From: the human T2T-CHM13v2.0 reference genome, Homo sapiens
Length of the DNA stretch: 64,000 nt
NCBI RefSeq assembly: GCF_009914755.1
Contig: NC_060931.1
Reading direction: 5' to 3' (one strand)
The stretch's first letter is position 1, and each line of letters begins with the position of its first letter. Positions 1-17,990 of this stretch are shown piece by piece. The notes under the pieces were generated by a model. The model was not told the origin of the DNA and made no database searches. It worked only from the letters and a program-made list of their open reading frames with translations. The translations under genes and the position numbers were made by a program.

Positions 1-303
1 GAAGCCCACTGTCAAGGTGACAGAAAATTGTTTCTGGTGGGGCTCCTTTCCTGGCCTGTGATGCCCCCTTCTCACCACTATGTCCTCCCATGGCCTTTCC
101 TCTGGGTTCCTGCAGTGAGAGAGAGTGCTCTGCGTCTCTTCCTTTCTCACAAGGACTGCAGTGCTATTGAATCAGGGCCCCCCCTTGATGACCTCATTAA
201 CCTTAATTGCCTCCCTAAAGGCCCTACTGCCAAATACACAGTATCCTCAGGGATTAGGGCTTCAACGGATGCATGGGGATGGAGTGCAATTCAGTCCACA
301 GCA
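1..303 (-). mobile_element. MLT1-type (ERVL-MaLR) LTR, truncated by window start
   Basis: MLT1 motifs 'atgacctcattaaccttaattgcctccctaaaggccct', 'gggattagggcttcaac' and terminus 'aattcagtccacagca'. Confidence 0.75.
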
Positions 304-1727
304 ATAAGGAATCAAGAGACGGTTTGCAGTCCCAGAGCTGTAACATGCTGGTGGGTCGTGCTCATTTGTTAAGAGTGGCAAAGTTTGATGCTAGTAAAGC
401 ACCAAAGTTTGTGGATGATTTACTAACAAACAACTAGAATAGCCCCTCCATCACATCCCATCATTAACCTGCATACCGTGATATACTCCTGGGTTACAGA
501 AGCTGCCTCTGGAATTGTGTATAACTTTATAAAACTTCATATTGCCCAAGGCAGGGGGTCCTGTAAGGAAGCGTCATCACATGTCGTGGCGGATACAATA
601 TTGAGATCTCCAGGCTTAGCAGACCACGAGTGCTGCGTGCTTCGCGATGGAAACAGGTGTGAACCTGAGATGGCAGTGATCACATGAGTGGGGGCCTGTT
701 GATGCAAATGTTGAGTCAGCTACTTGGACACTGTTCGTTTTTAGCAGGGTATTCCTCACAGCATGCTAATTGTCATTATTATTCTTGTCAATGTTTTTTT
801 GGCTAAGGAAATAACAAGGAAGCAGATTCTGAAATTGGACACAGGATTGGTAAAAGTCCTGTGCACATTGGCAGGTACAGCAATGGGACTTTCCAAACGC
901 TCTTTCTACACAAATTCTCTTGCCAGCTCAGCGCTTTGAATAGGACGTATCCTGAGGGAATGTTTCCCAGATCCACAGGGAGTGGCCCTGGTACGTTCTA
1001 GTATATGGAGCTAGATTGCTCCCTTTAAAATAGTTGTTTTGAATTAGAAATAGCCTTATGTGCTAACATGATACTAATACCTTTGATATCTCTGTATTTC
1101 TGTTACTATTTTATTTCCAGAAACATAATTCAAACCTTTTACTTGTTTAGTTTTCCACTGCAATTTACTGATAAAGTATGCTGGCTAAATTGCTTATGGT
1201 TTATGTTTTACAGTGACTAACTTTCTAGCTCCTAAGAGCGTTGGTATTATTGCAGAAAAACCTATAGCACAAAGGGCCTGAGCTTCCATTGGGAATCTTG
1301 GGGTAGGTATCTTAACCTCTCAAAATTATGCTGACCTCATATGTATTGGATAAACAATTATTCATTTTCTCACTCAACTCACACATTTATTTATTAATGC
1401 AAGGAGTTTCCATTGTATCTATCGATAACCCACTGTCATCCACTACCTTTGACTCCATTCATTTCTATAAGGAGAACAGCCACAAGGGTTCTCAAATTCT
1501 TTGTAGTGAAAGATCAGTTTGATTTTTATTTTTGACTCATTGCAGATTAATCTTTTTATAAAGTAAAATAGAAATAAATTACTAAAAAAAGATGCAAATG
1601 ATAAATCCCAACTTCTAATTATTAGGTTCAACATACATTCAATAGGTATAATTACCATAACTATGCCACAATTGCTCTGAAAGTTTCTGAACATTGTCAA
1701 TATACATCTCAATTGCAGCTTGGTAAC

Positions 1728-2130
1728 TGATGGTTTGGATATTCATCCCCTCTAAATCTCATGTTGAGATGTAATCTCCTGTGCTGGAGGTGGGGCCTGG
1801 TGGGCGGTAGTGGATCATGGGGGTGGACCCCTCACGAATGGCTTAGCACCATTGTCTTGGTGATGAGTGAGTTCACGTGAGAGCTGGTTGTTTAAAAGTG
1901 TGTGGCACCTCCTCTCTCTATCTCTTGCTCCCTTTTTTGCCATGGGACGTGCCTGCTTCTCCTTCACCTTCTGCCACGATTGTAAATTCCCTGAGGCCCG
2001 CACCAGAAGCAGATACCAGCGCCATGCTTCCTGTACAGCCTGCAGAACTGTGAGCCAATTAAACCTCTTTTCTTTATAAGTTACCCAGCCTCAGGTATTT
2101 CTTTACAGCAACCCAAGAAGGTGTAATACA
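1728..2130 (+). mobile_element. MST (MSTA-like) solo LTR
   Basis: TG...CA ends; 'aaatctcatgttgagatgtaatc', 'gaactgtgagccaattaaacctcttttctttataa'; 5-bp TSD gtaac/gtagc. Confidence 0.85.
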
Positions 2131-2339
2131 GTAGCAAAGAGTTCCTGGACCAGCGTCGATTCCGCAGACTACACTCTGAGTAGCCCTGGAGAAGAGAGAT
2201 CCTTCTGTGGACTTCCCATCACAGCAAACAGCAATACTGTGCTCCAGCCAAAACCCATGGTGCCGTCCTGGGCAAATTTGGCTTTCTCAGGTTGGTCCTA
2301 AGTTGGACCTGGGGGCAAAAATTAAGGAGGCTGTCAGTT

Positions 2340-2520
2340 ATTAATGAGGTCTCACTGTTTGGGACTGATTGTTGCACTGGCTATTGTTTGGCTTTTTTGG
2401 CTGGTTGCTAGAGCCCTGGGGCTGGCTTCCCGGGCAGGTTGCTGGGGGATGTGGGTCAGATTCTATTTTTATAGATGGTCTGGCCATTGTCATTTGTATA
2501 TTCAGTCTCTCAGCGGGGAT
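2340..2520 (-). mobile_element. Old ERV1-class LTR fragment (MER90-like, tentative)
   Basis: Reverse complement reads 'acaatggccagaccatctataaaaatagaatctgaccc...cagcaacctgcccgggaagcc', resembling a remembered LTR consensus. Confidence 0.4.
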
Positions 2521-2693
2521 GAGGGTGGGGGCAGAGTCTACCATACGCTCTCCCCGACCCCAAGGTTTTGTCTTCTTTTAAGTTGTATCACACATGCCTG
2601 CATCAGTTGCATTACATAATGACAAAAGAAATAACATTATACAGCAGTCAATGCTTCCAGATATGCTAGCATAAGCCCCAAACTATTAATATA

Positions 2694-2990
2694 TGTTTTA
2701 GTTTGTTTGGACTGTTATGAAAAATCTCTGTTGTTTACAAACAACAGAAAATTATTTTTTTGCCCTTCTGGTGGTCGGAAAGTCTCGGATTCGTTCAGGT
2801 GTCCGCTGAAGGCTGCTTCCAAGGGGCGCCTGTTGCTGCCCTTCCCGGGAGTGAGCGCCGTGTCTTCCGTCCTGCGGCGGAAAGCAAAGGGGGCAAACTC
2901 TGTGTAGCCTACTTTATAAGGGCTATGATCCCATTCAGAAGGGACTGTGAATCCCACCCATGACCTAGTCACCTCGTAGAGGCCCCTAAA
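2694..2990 (-). mobile_element. MLT1A-like LTR fragment, unusually CpG-rich
   Basis: 'aaacaacagaaaattatt', 'tttataagggctatgatcccattca', 'catgacctagtcacctc'; similar to the MLT1A-like LTR at 61447-61781. Confidence 0.6.
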
Positions 2991-2995
2991 GCTCA

Positions 2996-3003
2996 TATAA
3001 AAG
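2996..3003 (+). promoter_or_regulatory. Consensus TATA box (TATAAAAG) downstream of a CpG cluster; candidate only
   Basis: Exact TATAWAWR match with GC-rich flanks. Confidence 0.25.
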
Positions 3004-4444
3004 GCAGCACGGGTGCAGGAACACAGCTTCCAGGGGCGCAGGGGATGGCCTGGCTTCTGTGAACTGACTGGCGAGATGAGGCTTTTTGGATGAAGGATTC
3101 TAAGATGTATCTCTTTCGAAAAGAGCACGGTTGAGACTGAGACGCACAATACCTGACTGGCTAAGTATGGCAGTGGGCTGGGGTGGCAGTGGTCGCAGGG
3201 CTTTAGGTCTTGACACGATGGGGAACCGCGGCAGCAGATGCAGCAAAGGCAGTGAGGCCAACCGAGTCTCTGGGTCTGCAGCCGGGAAGCTCTTGCCTTC
3301 TTGGGCAGCAGGTCTGTCTCCTTGGTGCTGGGAGCCTCCTCTATGAGATGGGGCTCCATAATGTGGCTCTACGTTCCCTTTCTCCTCCAGTGTGGAAAAA
3401 AAATCCCTGCGTGACACACATTTTTTTCCATATTGGAAGAGAAAGGGAATGCAGACCCATACTGCCTGTGTGCCACACACCATTTGCAAATTAGTAATAA
3501 CTGTGATATGCACTCATTCACTGAGGGTGCTTTGGACCTCTCTCCCACTCTCCATGAGTGGATGCTACATTTTTCCATAATCTACTGGATCTGCCATTTC
3601 CTAGGGACTTGCCTTTTTCCCACAAAACAGAGTTGAGGCAAAGGAAAAGCCAGCCCAGGTAGAAGAGGCAACAAAGGCAAGGGGTGGGGATCCGCATCAT
3701 GATTTCAGGGAACAGCAAACGTTCCATGGGACTGGAGCCCTGAGTCTGTGAGGAGAAATGAACAAGTCTACCACAGTCATCCAGAATGAGAGGCAAAATT
3801 ATGTCACAAAAGGTGTGAGTGGGAAAACTGGGCCCAGCGGCAGATTATTCCAGGAAGGGATTGTGCCTTTGTATGTCTCTGCAATGCTAACCTCAATGCC
3901 AGTTCCTCAGAGTGTTACAGACATTTGCCATGCATCTGTTACTCAAGTGCTCTGCTCAGAGAGGGTCAGTCTTAAGCCCCCAGGAGCATCCTGTTGTGAA
4001 TCGGTTCACACTTCTTTGAGATGGGCAAGAGGGAAATGTGATGTATAGGGAGAAGAGGGGTGGAGGAGAGGTTCATTCCCCTAGAGAAGCTGATGGAGAC
4101 AACCCAAGCTTTAAATAAATCAACTCTGGTCCTTTAAACAAGAAAAGGGGATTTCATTACTATGTTGGTCAGCTGGAGACAGCCCTGGGGCAGAATATGT
4201 AACCTATTAAAGAAACAAAACCTCTTGTAAATGCCCTTAAAGCCAACACAGTTCTGTTTAATTCAAATAAATTCTCTTTATCTCTCTAAAAGGGCTTTCT
4301 AAAAACTTCAAGCTTATACTTTAATAAAGTTAAATCATTTATATGTAGAGAAATGCAACATTTCATTGCTATAGTACTTTCTATACCTCAGCCTTTTCTT
4401 TAATTTAGTCTTTTAATTCAGACTTGCTGAATTCGAATCAACAG

Positions 4445-4666
4445 CAGAGAGCAGGAACTTTGGAGTCTTATTTACCTGGGGTTCCTCCCCATCTTTCATC
4501 TTGGTGGCTGGTCAAGTTAGCCAGCCTCTTGAAGCCTGTGGTTTCCCCTTCTGTACACTGAGGACAATAACAGGACTCATCCCAATGGGCTTGCATGAGG
4601 GTCACATGAGGTGATGTGTATTATGCACTCAATGTGCCCAAGACATTTGTGCACGTATTATTATTA
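4445..4666 (+). mobile_element. MIR SINE
   Basis: Core 'agcctgtggtttccccttctgtacactgaggacaataacag' and tail 'tattattatta'. Confidence 0.6.
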
Positions 4667-6801
4667 AGAACAAACCACAAAGTGGGGTTTACTTTTTGAT
4701 AGCTTCTTAGTTCTGAGGTAAGTTTATTTCCTTGCTAATATTCCTTTTATCACATATAAAAGAGGTGTGTCTAAATCTCACTGCATCATTATGAAAACAT
4801 GGCTCACAGTCGAGTCATGTGGGTGGTAGCCAGACACTGTGTCTTTGTTTGGTCATTTAGTGATGCAACCCTTGAAAAATTCTCTCTCTGATAATTCTGT
4901 TGGGAACAGTTTCCAAGCCATTAAAATGTTATTCTTCCAAATCCTCCTGCATCGGCAACGGGAAAAAAGACAAAATGCAGTGTCATTTGGGCTTTGCCTA
5001 AAATGAATTGAATCCTCCTCAGCAACAGATAGAGTGTGAAATTGATCATGAATTTTCTGAAGTCAGAGTCGTGACTTGCTGATGACATGTGTCACGAATG
5101 CAGGTAGAGGGATATCTCCTTAGCATAATTTTCATGGGTTTGGAACTGGAGGTAACTTCTACAGGTGACTGGAGCAGGAATTTACACCTGCAGGGACCAA
5201 GGGAAAAGATTTTTTCAGCAAATGAGTGACTATTGATACTTCAGAAAAAACATTTACCTGAGAGAGTTAAGCATTTTGCAGATATTTATTTACATAGAAG
5301 TAGTTGGAAATTAATTACAAATAATCCTTATCTATTTTTAAAGCAGTTCCACTAGGGAGAAAACTTGAAAGTCTCGTACAAGGTTATTCTATGCACAGGA
5401 TAGAAATTTGGAGCCAAAAGAACAAATTAATCCATCCTCCTAATTTTGCAGATGGGAGAAGGCAGGAAATAGGAACCCTGTCTTGGATCATAGAAGTGGT
5501 GGTGACCAATGAGGGCCTAGAACAGGGACAGCAAACAGGCTTCTTCTCTGGCCCTGGCTTAGTGGATTGGAAGGGGTTTCATGGACCCCTGTTAGAAGGA
5601 TATGCACCAAGGACATGACAGCATAAGGGCAACCATGGGGGGCCATTCCTGGACCACTGTCTAAATTACCTATGTTAACTAACCAACATTTATTATACAC
5701 CAACTGTATGCTTTATCTAATTTTTTTCAACCATGCATACTCCCCCTAAAGGTATGAATTCATAGTCCAGTATAATCATGGCATATCTTCCTAGAGCTTC
5801 AATTTTACTTGGTGGGTAGATAATTTACAATGAAAATTTTCTATGAAAGCAAATGGACTAGAAAGCCAAATTCATGTGAACAATAAAACATGCAAGTTAG
5901 GGACATGTTATGGTTGTAGTTTTAGACTCTGCTCCTGGGCTTCCCTGTGTAATCCACTCAGAGATATTTTGGCAGAAAAATTTGAGAAGTGGATCCAGAT
6001 AAAGTAGTTGAAGTTTATTCCTGGAGTCACACATCCTGGAAGGGGTGGCATGGAGGTCTGTGTAACTGAAGAACTGTTGTGCTTTCTGTTACAGAGTCCA
6101 GAGTGAAGGGAGGAAGCCTTGAGTTTAAAATCAAGGGCACTGGAACCAGATCAGAGGGGAAGGCAATATTATGGTCTGCCTACTGTGAGGCAGCCACAGC
6201 AGAGACTTGAGTATAAATTCAACACAACCATTTTCAACACGTCTCTGAACATGGAGCCCCCTTAAGGTCACATGGCCTACCCACCTTTATAAAGCCTACA
6301 AAGACCCTGGATCTCCTAAGAATATAGGGTTTGTTTTGCTGGAGAACAGAAAAGACAGAAGTAGGGGGTGATGTTTAAGTATAGTTTTAAAAACATCATG
6401 GGAGACATCAAATGCCTGGCAGAGCCCAAGATATTCTAAGCATTTCTTTGTTTCTGTCTCTCCTTTTTGGCTGGCTTGGACATGCCAGGTTTCACTATAT
6501 TTGGAGACAGCTAGTTGAGTTCTTCCGGGGTCCCTATGATAACTGGGTGGGCAGCCACAGAACTCCAGATTCCTCTGTTGTGATGGAGGTACGGGAGGGC
6601 ATCTCTCGCTGTGAAATGCTAGGGCAAGAATTCCACAAAGAGAATTTGTCTATTATTGACGCCTTGTATGTCTCCATAGAGAGGTGTGTTGCTCGGGGAA
6701 TGTGTCAGCCAAGAACCTAAGGTCACTTGGATAAGCAACCAAAGAAATCAGACGGGTACACATCAGAAGGATGTGGGTAGAAGAGAATAGTTAGTACCAA
6801 C

Positions 6802-7448
6802 TGTGAACCCAGGATATCTGAGAGAGGTCTCAATCAATTTATAAAGTTTATTTTGCCAAGGTTAAGGACGTGCCCACGACACAGCCCCAGGAATTTCTGA
6901 CGACATGTGCCCAGGGTGTCTGGGGTACAGCTTGCTTGAATACATTTTAGAGAAACATGAAATATCAATCAATATGCGTAATATGTACATTGGTTCTGTC
7001 TGGAAAGGTGGGACAGGGCCAGGGCAGTGCCAGGTCACATTCTTTTGAGTCCTTGATCAGCCTTTCCCTGAATACACAGTTTAGCCTGGCTCGGTGAATC
7101 TGTATTTTCACATAAACAATAGGGCAGAGGAAGCAATCAGATATGCATTTGTCTCAGGTGAGCAGAGGGATGACTTTCTGTCCTGCATCTGTGAAGATAA
7201 GCTGTCAGTTTACATTGCCAGGGTGAAATTCAACAGAACTGTTTTAGGGATGAAGGTCTCGAGGCCCACATGAGTTTCCTTGTGGGTAAATTGCGAGGGA
7301 GATATGTAGCTTTAAAAAATATATATATATATTTGTAGCTATCTTACTTAGGAATAAATTGGGAGGCAGGTTTGCCTGATGTAGTTTCCAGCTTGACTTT
7401 CCTCTTGATTTAGTGATTTTGGGGTCTGAGATTTATTTTCCTTTCACA
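6802..7448 (-). mobile_element. MER4A-family (ERV1) solo LTR
   Basis: 'tgtgaaccc...aaagtttattttgccaaggttaaggac...atttattttcctttcaca'; perfect 4-bp TSD caac at 6798-6801 and 7449-7452. Confidence 0.85.
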
Positions 7449-8668
7449 CAACTATAAATATTTGATTTAGAAAAGTGGTTCTTGAGCATAGGGGCTAAGA
7501 TGGCCTAGTAGAAACAGCTGCAGTCAGAGGCTCTCACTGAGAAGAATGAAAATGGCGAGCGAATCCTGAACCAGCAACTGAGGAATCCTGGGACTGACTA
7601 TGCGGTTGGTGCAACTCATGGAAAGCGAGGAAAAGCAGGGTGGAGCCATGCCCACCTGGTAGTCATATGGGGCAAGGGGAGCCCCCACCCTCAGCCAAGA
7701 GAAGCATTGGGTGATTGTGCTACCCCACCTGGGAAACCACTCTTTTTCCATAAATCTGTGCAACCCACAGATCAGGAAATCCCCCTCATGAGCCCATGCC
7801 ACCAGGGCCTTGGGTCCCAAGCACAGAGCTGTGCAAATTCTCTGCTGCCACTAGGCTGGAGACTGCTTAAGACTACAAGTTCCTGGAGGGAAGGGCGGTG
7901 GCCTTCACTACAGCTACAGTCTGCCATTATTCCCTGCTTCTTCTGGGGAGACTGAGCAGTTTGGACCCAGGAGGAATTCCCCACAGCACAGCACAGTGGC
8001 TGTGGCAGATCATGGCCAGACTGCCTCTTTAGGCTGGACTGTGACCCAGCCCTCCTCGCTGGGCGGGGCCTCCCTGCAGGAATTTCAGCTACCCCAGCCA
8101 GGGGTTTACGGACAGAATTCTGATCTCCCTGGGACTGAGCTCCTGTGGGGAGGGGGCCACACTCTCGGCAGATCAGCAGATTTAGTCTTTCCCCCTGCTG
8201 GCTCTGAAGAATCTGGGGAGTTCAGACAAGCGGGACTCCCCCCAGCGCAGCACACCCCCTCTGCTAAGGGGCAGCCAGAGTGTTTTGTTAAGTGGGTCCT
8301 GGATTCTGTGCCTCCTGACTAAGTGAGAACCCACAACAGGGGTTGCCAGGCACCTTATACGGGAGCCTTCCCACTGGGATAGGTCTGGCGCCCTTTTGGA
8401 AGGCAGCTCCCTGAAGAAAGAGCAGGCAGCCATCTTTGCTGTTCTGCAGCCTCCACTGGTGACATCTCTAGGTGTGGGAGGGACCCAGGCGAATAGGGTC
8501 TGGAGTGGATTTCCAGCAAACTGCAGCAGCCCTACAGAAGAGAGGCCTGACTGTTAAAGGAAAAACAAATAAACAGAAAGCAACGACAACAACAGCATCA
8601 ACAAAAGAAGTCTCCACAAAACCCCATCCAAAGGGCAGCAGCCTCAAAGATCGAAGCTAGATAAATTC

Positions 8669-9692
8669 ATGAAGATGAGAAGGAATCAATGAAAACCACT
8701 GAAAACTCAAAAAGCCAGAGTGCCTCTTCTCCTCTAAATGATCACAACACCTCTCCGGCAAGGGCACAGAACTGGGTGGAGGCTGAGATGAATGAATTGA
8801 CAGAAGTAGGCTTCGGAAAGTGGGTAATAACGAACTTTGCTGAGCTAAAGGAGCATGTTCTAACCCAATGCAAATAAGCTAAGAACCATGATAAAATATT
8901 ACAGTAGCTGTGAACCAGAATAACCAGTTTAGAGAGAGGAATATAAATTACCTGATGGAGCTGAAAAACACAACACAAGAACTTCACAATGCAACCACAA
9001 GTATCAATAGCCCAATAGACCAAGTGGAGGAAAGAATTTCAGAGCTTGAAGACTGTCTTGCTGAAATAAGATAGGCAGACAAGATTAGAGAAAAAAGAAT
9101 GAAAAGGAATGAACAAAACCTCTGAGAACTACAGGATTATGTAAAAAGACTGAACCTACGACTGATTGGGGTACCTGAAAGAGACGAAAAGCATGGAACC
9201 AAGTTGGAAAACATACTTCAGGATATCATCCAAGATAACTTCCCCAACCTTCCAAGACAAGCCAACATTCAAATTCAGGAAATCTATAGAACCCCAGTAA
9301 GATACTCCATGAGAATATCAACCGCAAGACACGTAATCATCAGATTCTCCAAGGTTGAAATGAAGGAAAAAATGTTAAGTGCAGCCAGAGAAAAAGGCCA
9401 GGTCACCTGAAAAGAGAAGCCCATCAGACTAACAGCAGACCTCTCAGCAGAAACCCTATAAGCCAGAAGAGATTGGGGGCCGATATTCAGCATTCTTAAA
9501 GAAAAGAATTTCCAAATCAGAATTTCATATCTGGCCAAACTAAGCTTCATAAATGAAGGAGAAATAAAATCTTCTTCAAGCAAGCAAATGCTGAGGGAAT
9601 TTGTCACCATCAGGGCTGCCTTGCAAGAGCTTCTGAAGGAAACACTAAATATGAAAAGAAAAAACCATCACCAGCCACTACAAAGCACACTG
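8669..9692 (+). pseudogene. L1 ORF1 remnant with multiple stops
   Basis: Fragments 'ENSKSQSASSP' and 'ENILQDIIQDNFPNLPRQANIQIQEI'. Confidence 0.85.
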
Positions 9693-9760
9693 AAATACAA
9701 AGACCAATGACACTATGATGAAACTACATCAATGAGTCTGCAAAATAACCAGCTAGCATC

Positions 9761-14643
<4,883 letters not shown>

Positions 14644-14914
14644 ACAACGAGAACACATGGACATAGGGAGGGCAACAACACACATTGGGGCCTGTCAGGA
14701 TGGAGTGAGTGAGGGTTTGGGGGAGGGAGAGCATCAGGAAAAATAGCTAATGCATGTGGGGCTTAATACCTAGGTGATGGGTTGATAGGTGTGCAAACCA
14801 CCATGGCACACGTTTACCTATGTAACAAACCTGCACATGTATCCTGGAACTTAAAATTAAATTAAATTTAATTAAAAAAAAGAAAGAAAAGAAAAGTGTT
14901 TATATTAGTGACCA

Positions 14915-15069
14915 TTAAAATTGCTCAGGTAGCTTTGAGAGATCTCCTGTGCCAGGACTCCACCCCCAGAAATTCTGATTGGATTGTTCCTGAGGGAGGC
15001 TCCTGTCATCAGCGCTTTAGAAAAGATTTAGAGGTGATTTGAATGTGCTGGAGGGGCTGAAAACCACAG
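14915..15069. mobile_element. MER5-type hAT MITE
   Basis: 'ccacccccagaaattctgattgg', 'ggtgatttgaatgtg...ggctgaaaaccac'. Confidence 0.55.
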
Positions 15070-15631
15070 GTTTAGGGGCTTTCCTTCCAACTAAAAGCAG
15101 AAAGAAGCTACTGAAATGCCAACCCTCTCTTCCCAAGGCAAGGAGGCAGTAACTTCAGGAAATGCTAGAAACCTGGGAGACAGACAAGAGAGAGATGCAC
15201 AACAGTGGGGCACATTGGAAGCTGGGCAAGGGCAGTGGTGCAGGCCTGTCTGCACAACTGTGATAGCCCTGGTGAGCTATCTGGCAGGAGGAGCGGGCTG
15301 CAAGTGAGGGCTGCTGGTGAGGGTTGTGGGGGCGAGTGGGGAGTGATGGGCTATGGGGGGCTATGGGGGGCTATGGGCTGAAGGCGGTTCTGAGAAACAA
15401 GGATAGGGGGAGCAGGGTATGGAATCCCACATCCCAGGAGCTCTGTGTCCTTCTCCAGAGAGTCTTATAAAACAGAGAAGCTCATTCTTTTCCAGGCAGA
15501 GCAGTGGGTGTGGGAAGGGGCTTCACTTACAATCACGCAGAGAACCACCAGTGATCTGGGGAGGGGAGCAACATGGTGTTTCCTTGGTAAAAGAGAAGGA
15601 CTGAGAATTTGTCCAGAATAACTTGACCTGG

Positions 15632-16395
15632 TGTGTCAGTTAAGGTTCCACCAGGAAAAGAGAACCAGCAGAATGGATGATAGAGATAGATAGAGATATA
15701 GATAGGTGACAGATAATAGACACATATAGGTATTGCTAGATGATAGAGATAGTTAGATGACAGATATAGATAGGTGATAGGTAGATGATAGACAGATAGA
15801 GATAGGTGATAGATAATAGAGGATAGATATAGATAGATAAAGATAGATAATAAAAGATAGATGATATATAATAGATGATAGATAAAGATAAGTGATAGAG
15901 ATAGATGATAGAGAATAGAAGATATAGATAATTATAGATAATAGGTAGATGATAGATAATAGAAGATATAGATAGATGATAGAAGATACAGATAGATGAT
16001 AGATATAGATAGATGATAAATATATATAAATAGAGATAGTTGATAGGAAGATTAGATAGATGGATATATAGAGAGATTATTGTGTGGCTTATGGTATTAT
16101 ACAAGACTGAAATCTACAGGGCAGGTCGTCAACAAGGATAGGCAACAGCTCTCAGGAGGAACTGAAGCCACAGTCCACAGATGGGATTTTTCTCTGCCTC
16201 AGGGAAACCTCGGTTCTGCTCTTAAAGCCTTTCAGTTGATTGGGTATAGCCCTCCTAGATTGTGTAGGGTAACCCTTACCTAAAGTCAATAAACTGTAGC
16301 TGACAATCACAATCACATTAACACATAGATTAGTGTTTGATTTTTAACTGGGTAGTAGAACCTAGCCGAGTTGACACAGAAAACTGAGCCTCACA
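15632..16395 (-). mobile_element. MLT2 (ERVL; MLT2C/D-like) solo LTR with expanded internal microsatellite
   Basis: End 'cctagccgagttgacacagaaaactgagcctcaca'; perfect 5-bp TSD cctgg at 15627-15631 and 16396-16400. Confidence 0.85.
15675..16075. repeat. Degenerate (GATA/TAGA)n simple repeat, ~400 bp
   Basis: Directly visible. Confidence 0.95.
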
Positions 16396-17086
16396 CCTGG
16401 GTTAGCAGGAAGCTTCATCAAATCCTATAAAATAGCCTTCCTACCCCAAACTTCCCATTTACATCAGTGGCACCACCAGAACCCCAGTTTCTTGGAGTCT
16501 TTTCTTCTGGTTCCTTAGCAATATAATTTTCAAGCCATGAACCATCTGTGCAGATTTTCTGGGAATTGCCATTCACACTGAAGCTTTCTCCAAACCTACA
16601 CTCACCAGCCTCTCAAAGACTCCCAAATCTTTACGCTGAGAATCTCTGCTCTAATCTCATTAACTTTGTACCAAAAAGTAATGAAACACTTTTTTCTTGT
16701 ATTTCTTCCTGTGTTAAAACAGTCTATCCAGTCTAAATTCCTTGTCCCAGCATCTTAGTTCTTCCATCACTCCTTATTGAACAATTCTGCCCCTTATTCC
16801 CCAGCAACTACTCTCCAGCAGCACCTACTTTTGGTCAGATCTTGGCACACCAAGTCTCATTTTCGGCTCTTCGTCCACATTCTTGGTGATCCTTACAATT
16901 ACTTCTGTCAATCTTGGAGCTGGTATTTATTGAGCGCTTTGCTTCTGGTTTCGTGCTAGGTGCTGAGGAGTTGCCAGCAGAGTGAATGCCTCCCATTGAA
17001 GTAAAATATTAGTGTCAATCAAATGTACTGACAACCCAGCCAGGGATGTCTAATGGGAAGTGAAGACAGAATGGTGGAATTTTACG

Positions 17087-17160
17087 TTAGGCTGAACCTT
17101 ATGAAACTGTTGATTTTTGGGGTCAAAAACAGTTGAATATAAGCAATTTCATATGGCCTG
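17087..17160. mobile_element. MADE2 (Hsmar2-derived mariner MITE)
   Basis: 'ttaggctgaaccttatgaaactg...ggtcaaaaacagttgaatataagcaatttcatatgg' with imperfect inverted arms. Confidence 0.75.
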
Positions 17161-17990
17161 GGTGAGTTTAGAGTCAGTGGTGACTGAGGGGATGGGGCTG
17201 ACGGGAGGGTGCTGTCCCATTTGTTTACTTTCCTGTGGCTGGAGCAGAGGTGGCTTCGTGAATAGTGGTTTGAACATGGTGGCTGATGGAAGAGTGGCTG
17301 ACAGTTGACAAGTGGAAATCTCTAAGCAGGGGTGCTGGTGTTGGTGCAGAGACAGATGGGAACGTTATCACCTGGATCCTTGGGGGAACAGAATTGGCAC
17401 TGGGTAGAAAAAAGGTACAATGTGCATGGCTATTTATTTTCCTTTGGGGGGCTTTAGATTATTCTGTCTACTTGCTTACTTATTCGTTGCTGTCAATACT
17501 AATATGTCATAAACATCCTATTAGCTAATTCTTTGTTCGTATTCACAATTATTTCTTTAAGATGAAAGACTAGCAATGGAATTACTTGGTCCAGCCCTAT
17601 GAAGCATGGCTTGGCTGTTTGATGTGTGCTGCCGCTTACCCGCCAGAGTGGCCTGGGACATTTGCCTGCCCACTAGCCACGTGTGAGAGGGCTTGTTTCT
17701 CCAGCTGTCTTCAACAATATTAGCATTTCATTAATGTGATAAACAAATCATAGTTTATTACTTTTTAAATAATTTTTGAAATTGCTAACATTGCCGAACA
17801 CTTATTTTGGACTTCTGTATTTTCTTTCTAATCGTACTTTTTTCCAATAGAGGCAGCTTATTTAATACAAAAATGGAATTTTATTTGTAAATTTTTGAAA
17901 TTTTGTTTGATTTCAAGTGACTTGTTAAGTTCTATGTATTTCCCCCGTCTCTTTTCATTGTTGTTTTCATTATGTAGAAAGCTTATCAGG

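Noticed and set aside
2715-3359. 214-aa minus-strand ORF
   Set aside because: It runs into an LTR remnant and has no recognisable domain; GC-rich sequence gives long chance ORFs.
15736-16104. 122-aa hydrophobic I/Y/L/S-rich ORF
   Set aside because: It is a translation of the (TATC)n microsatellite.
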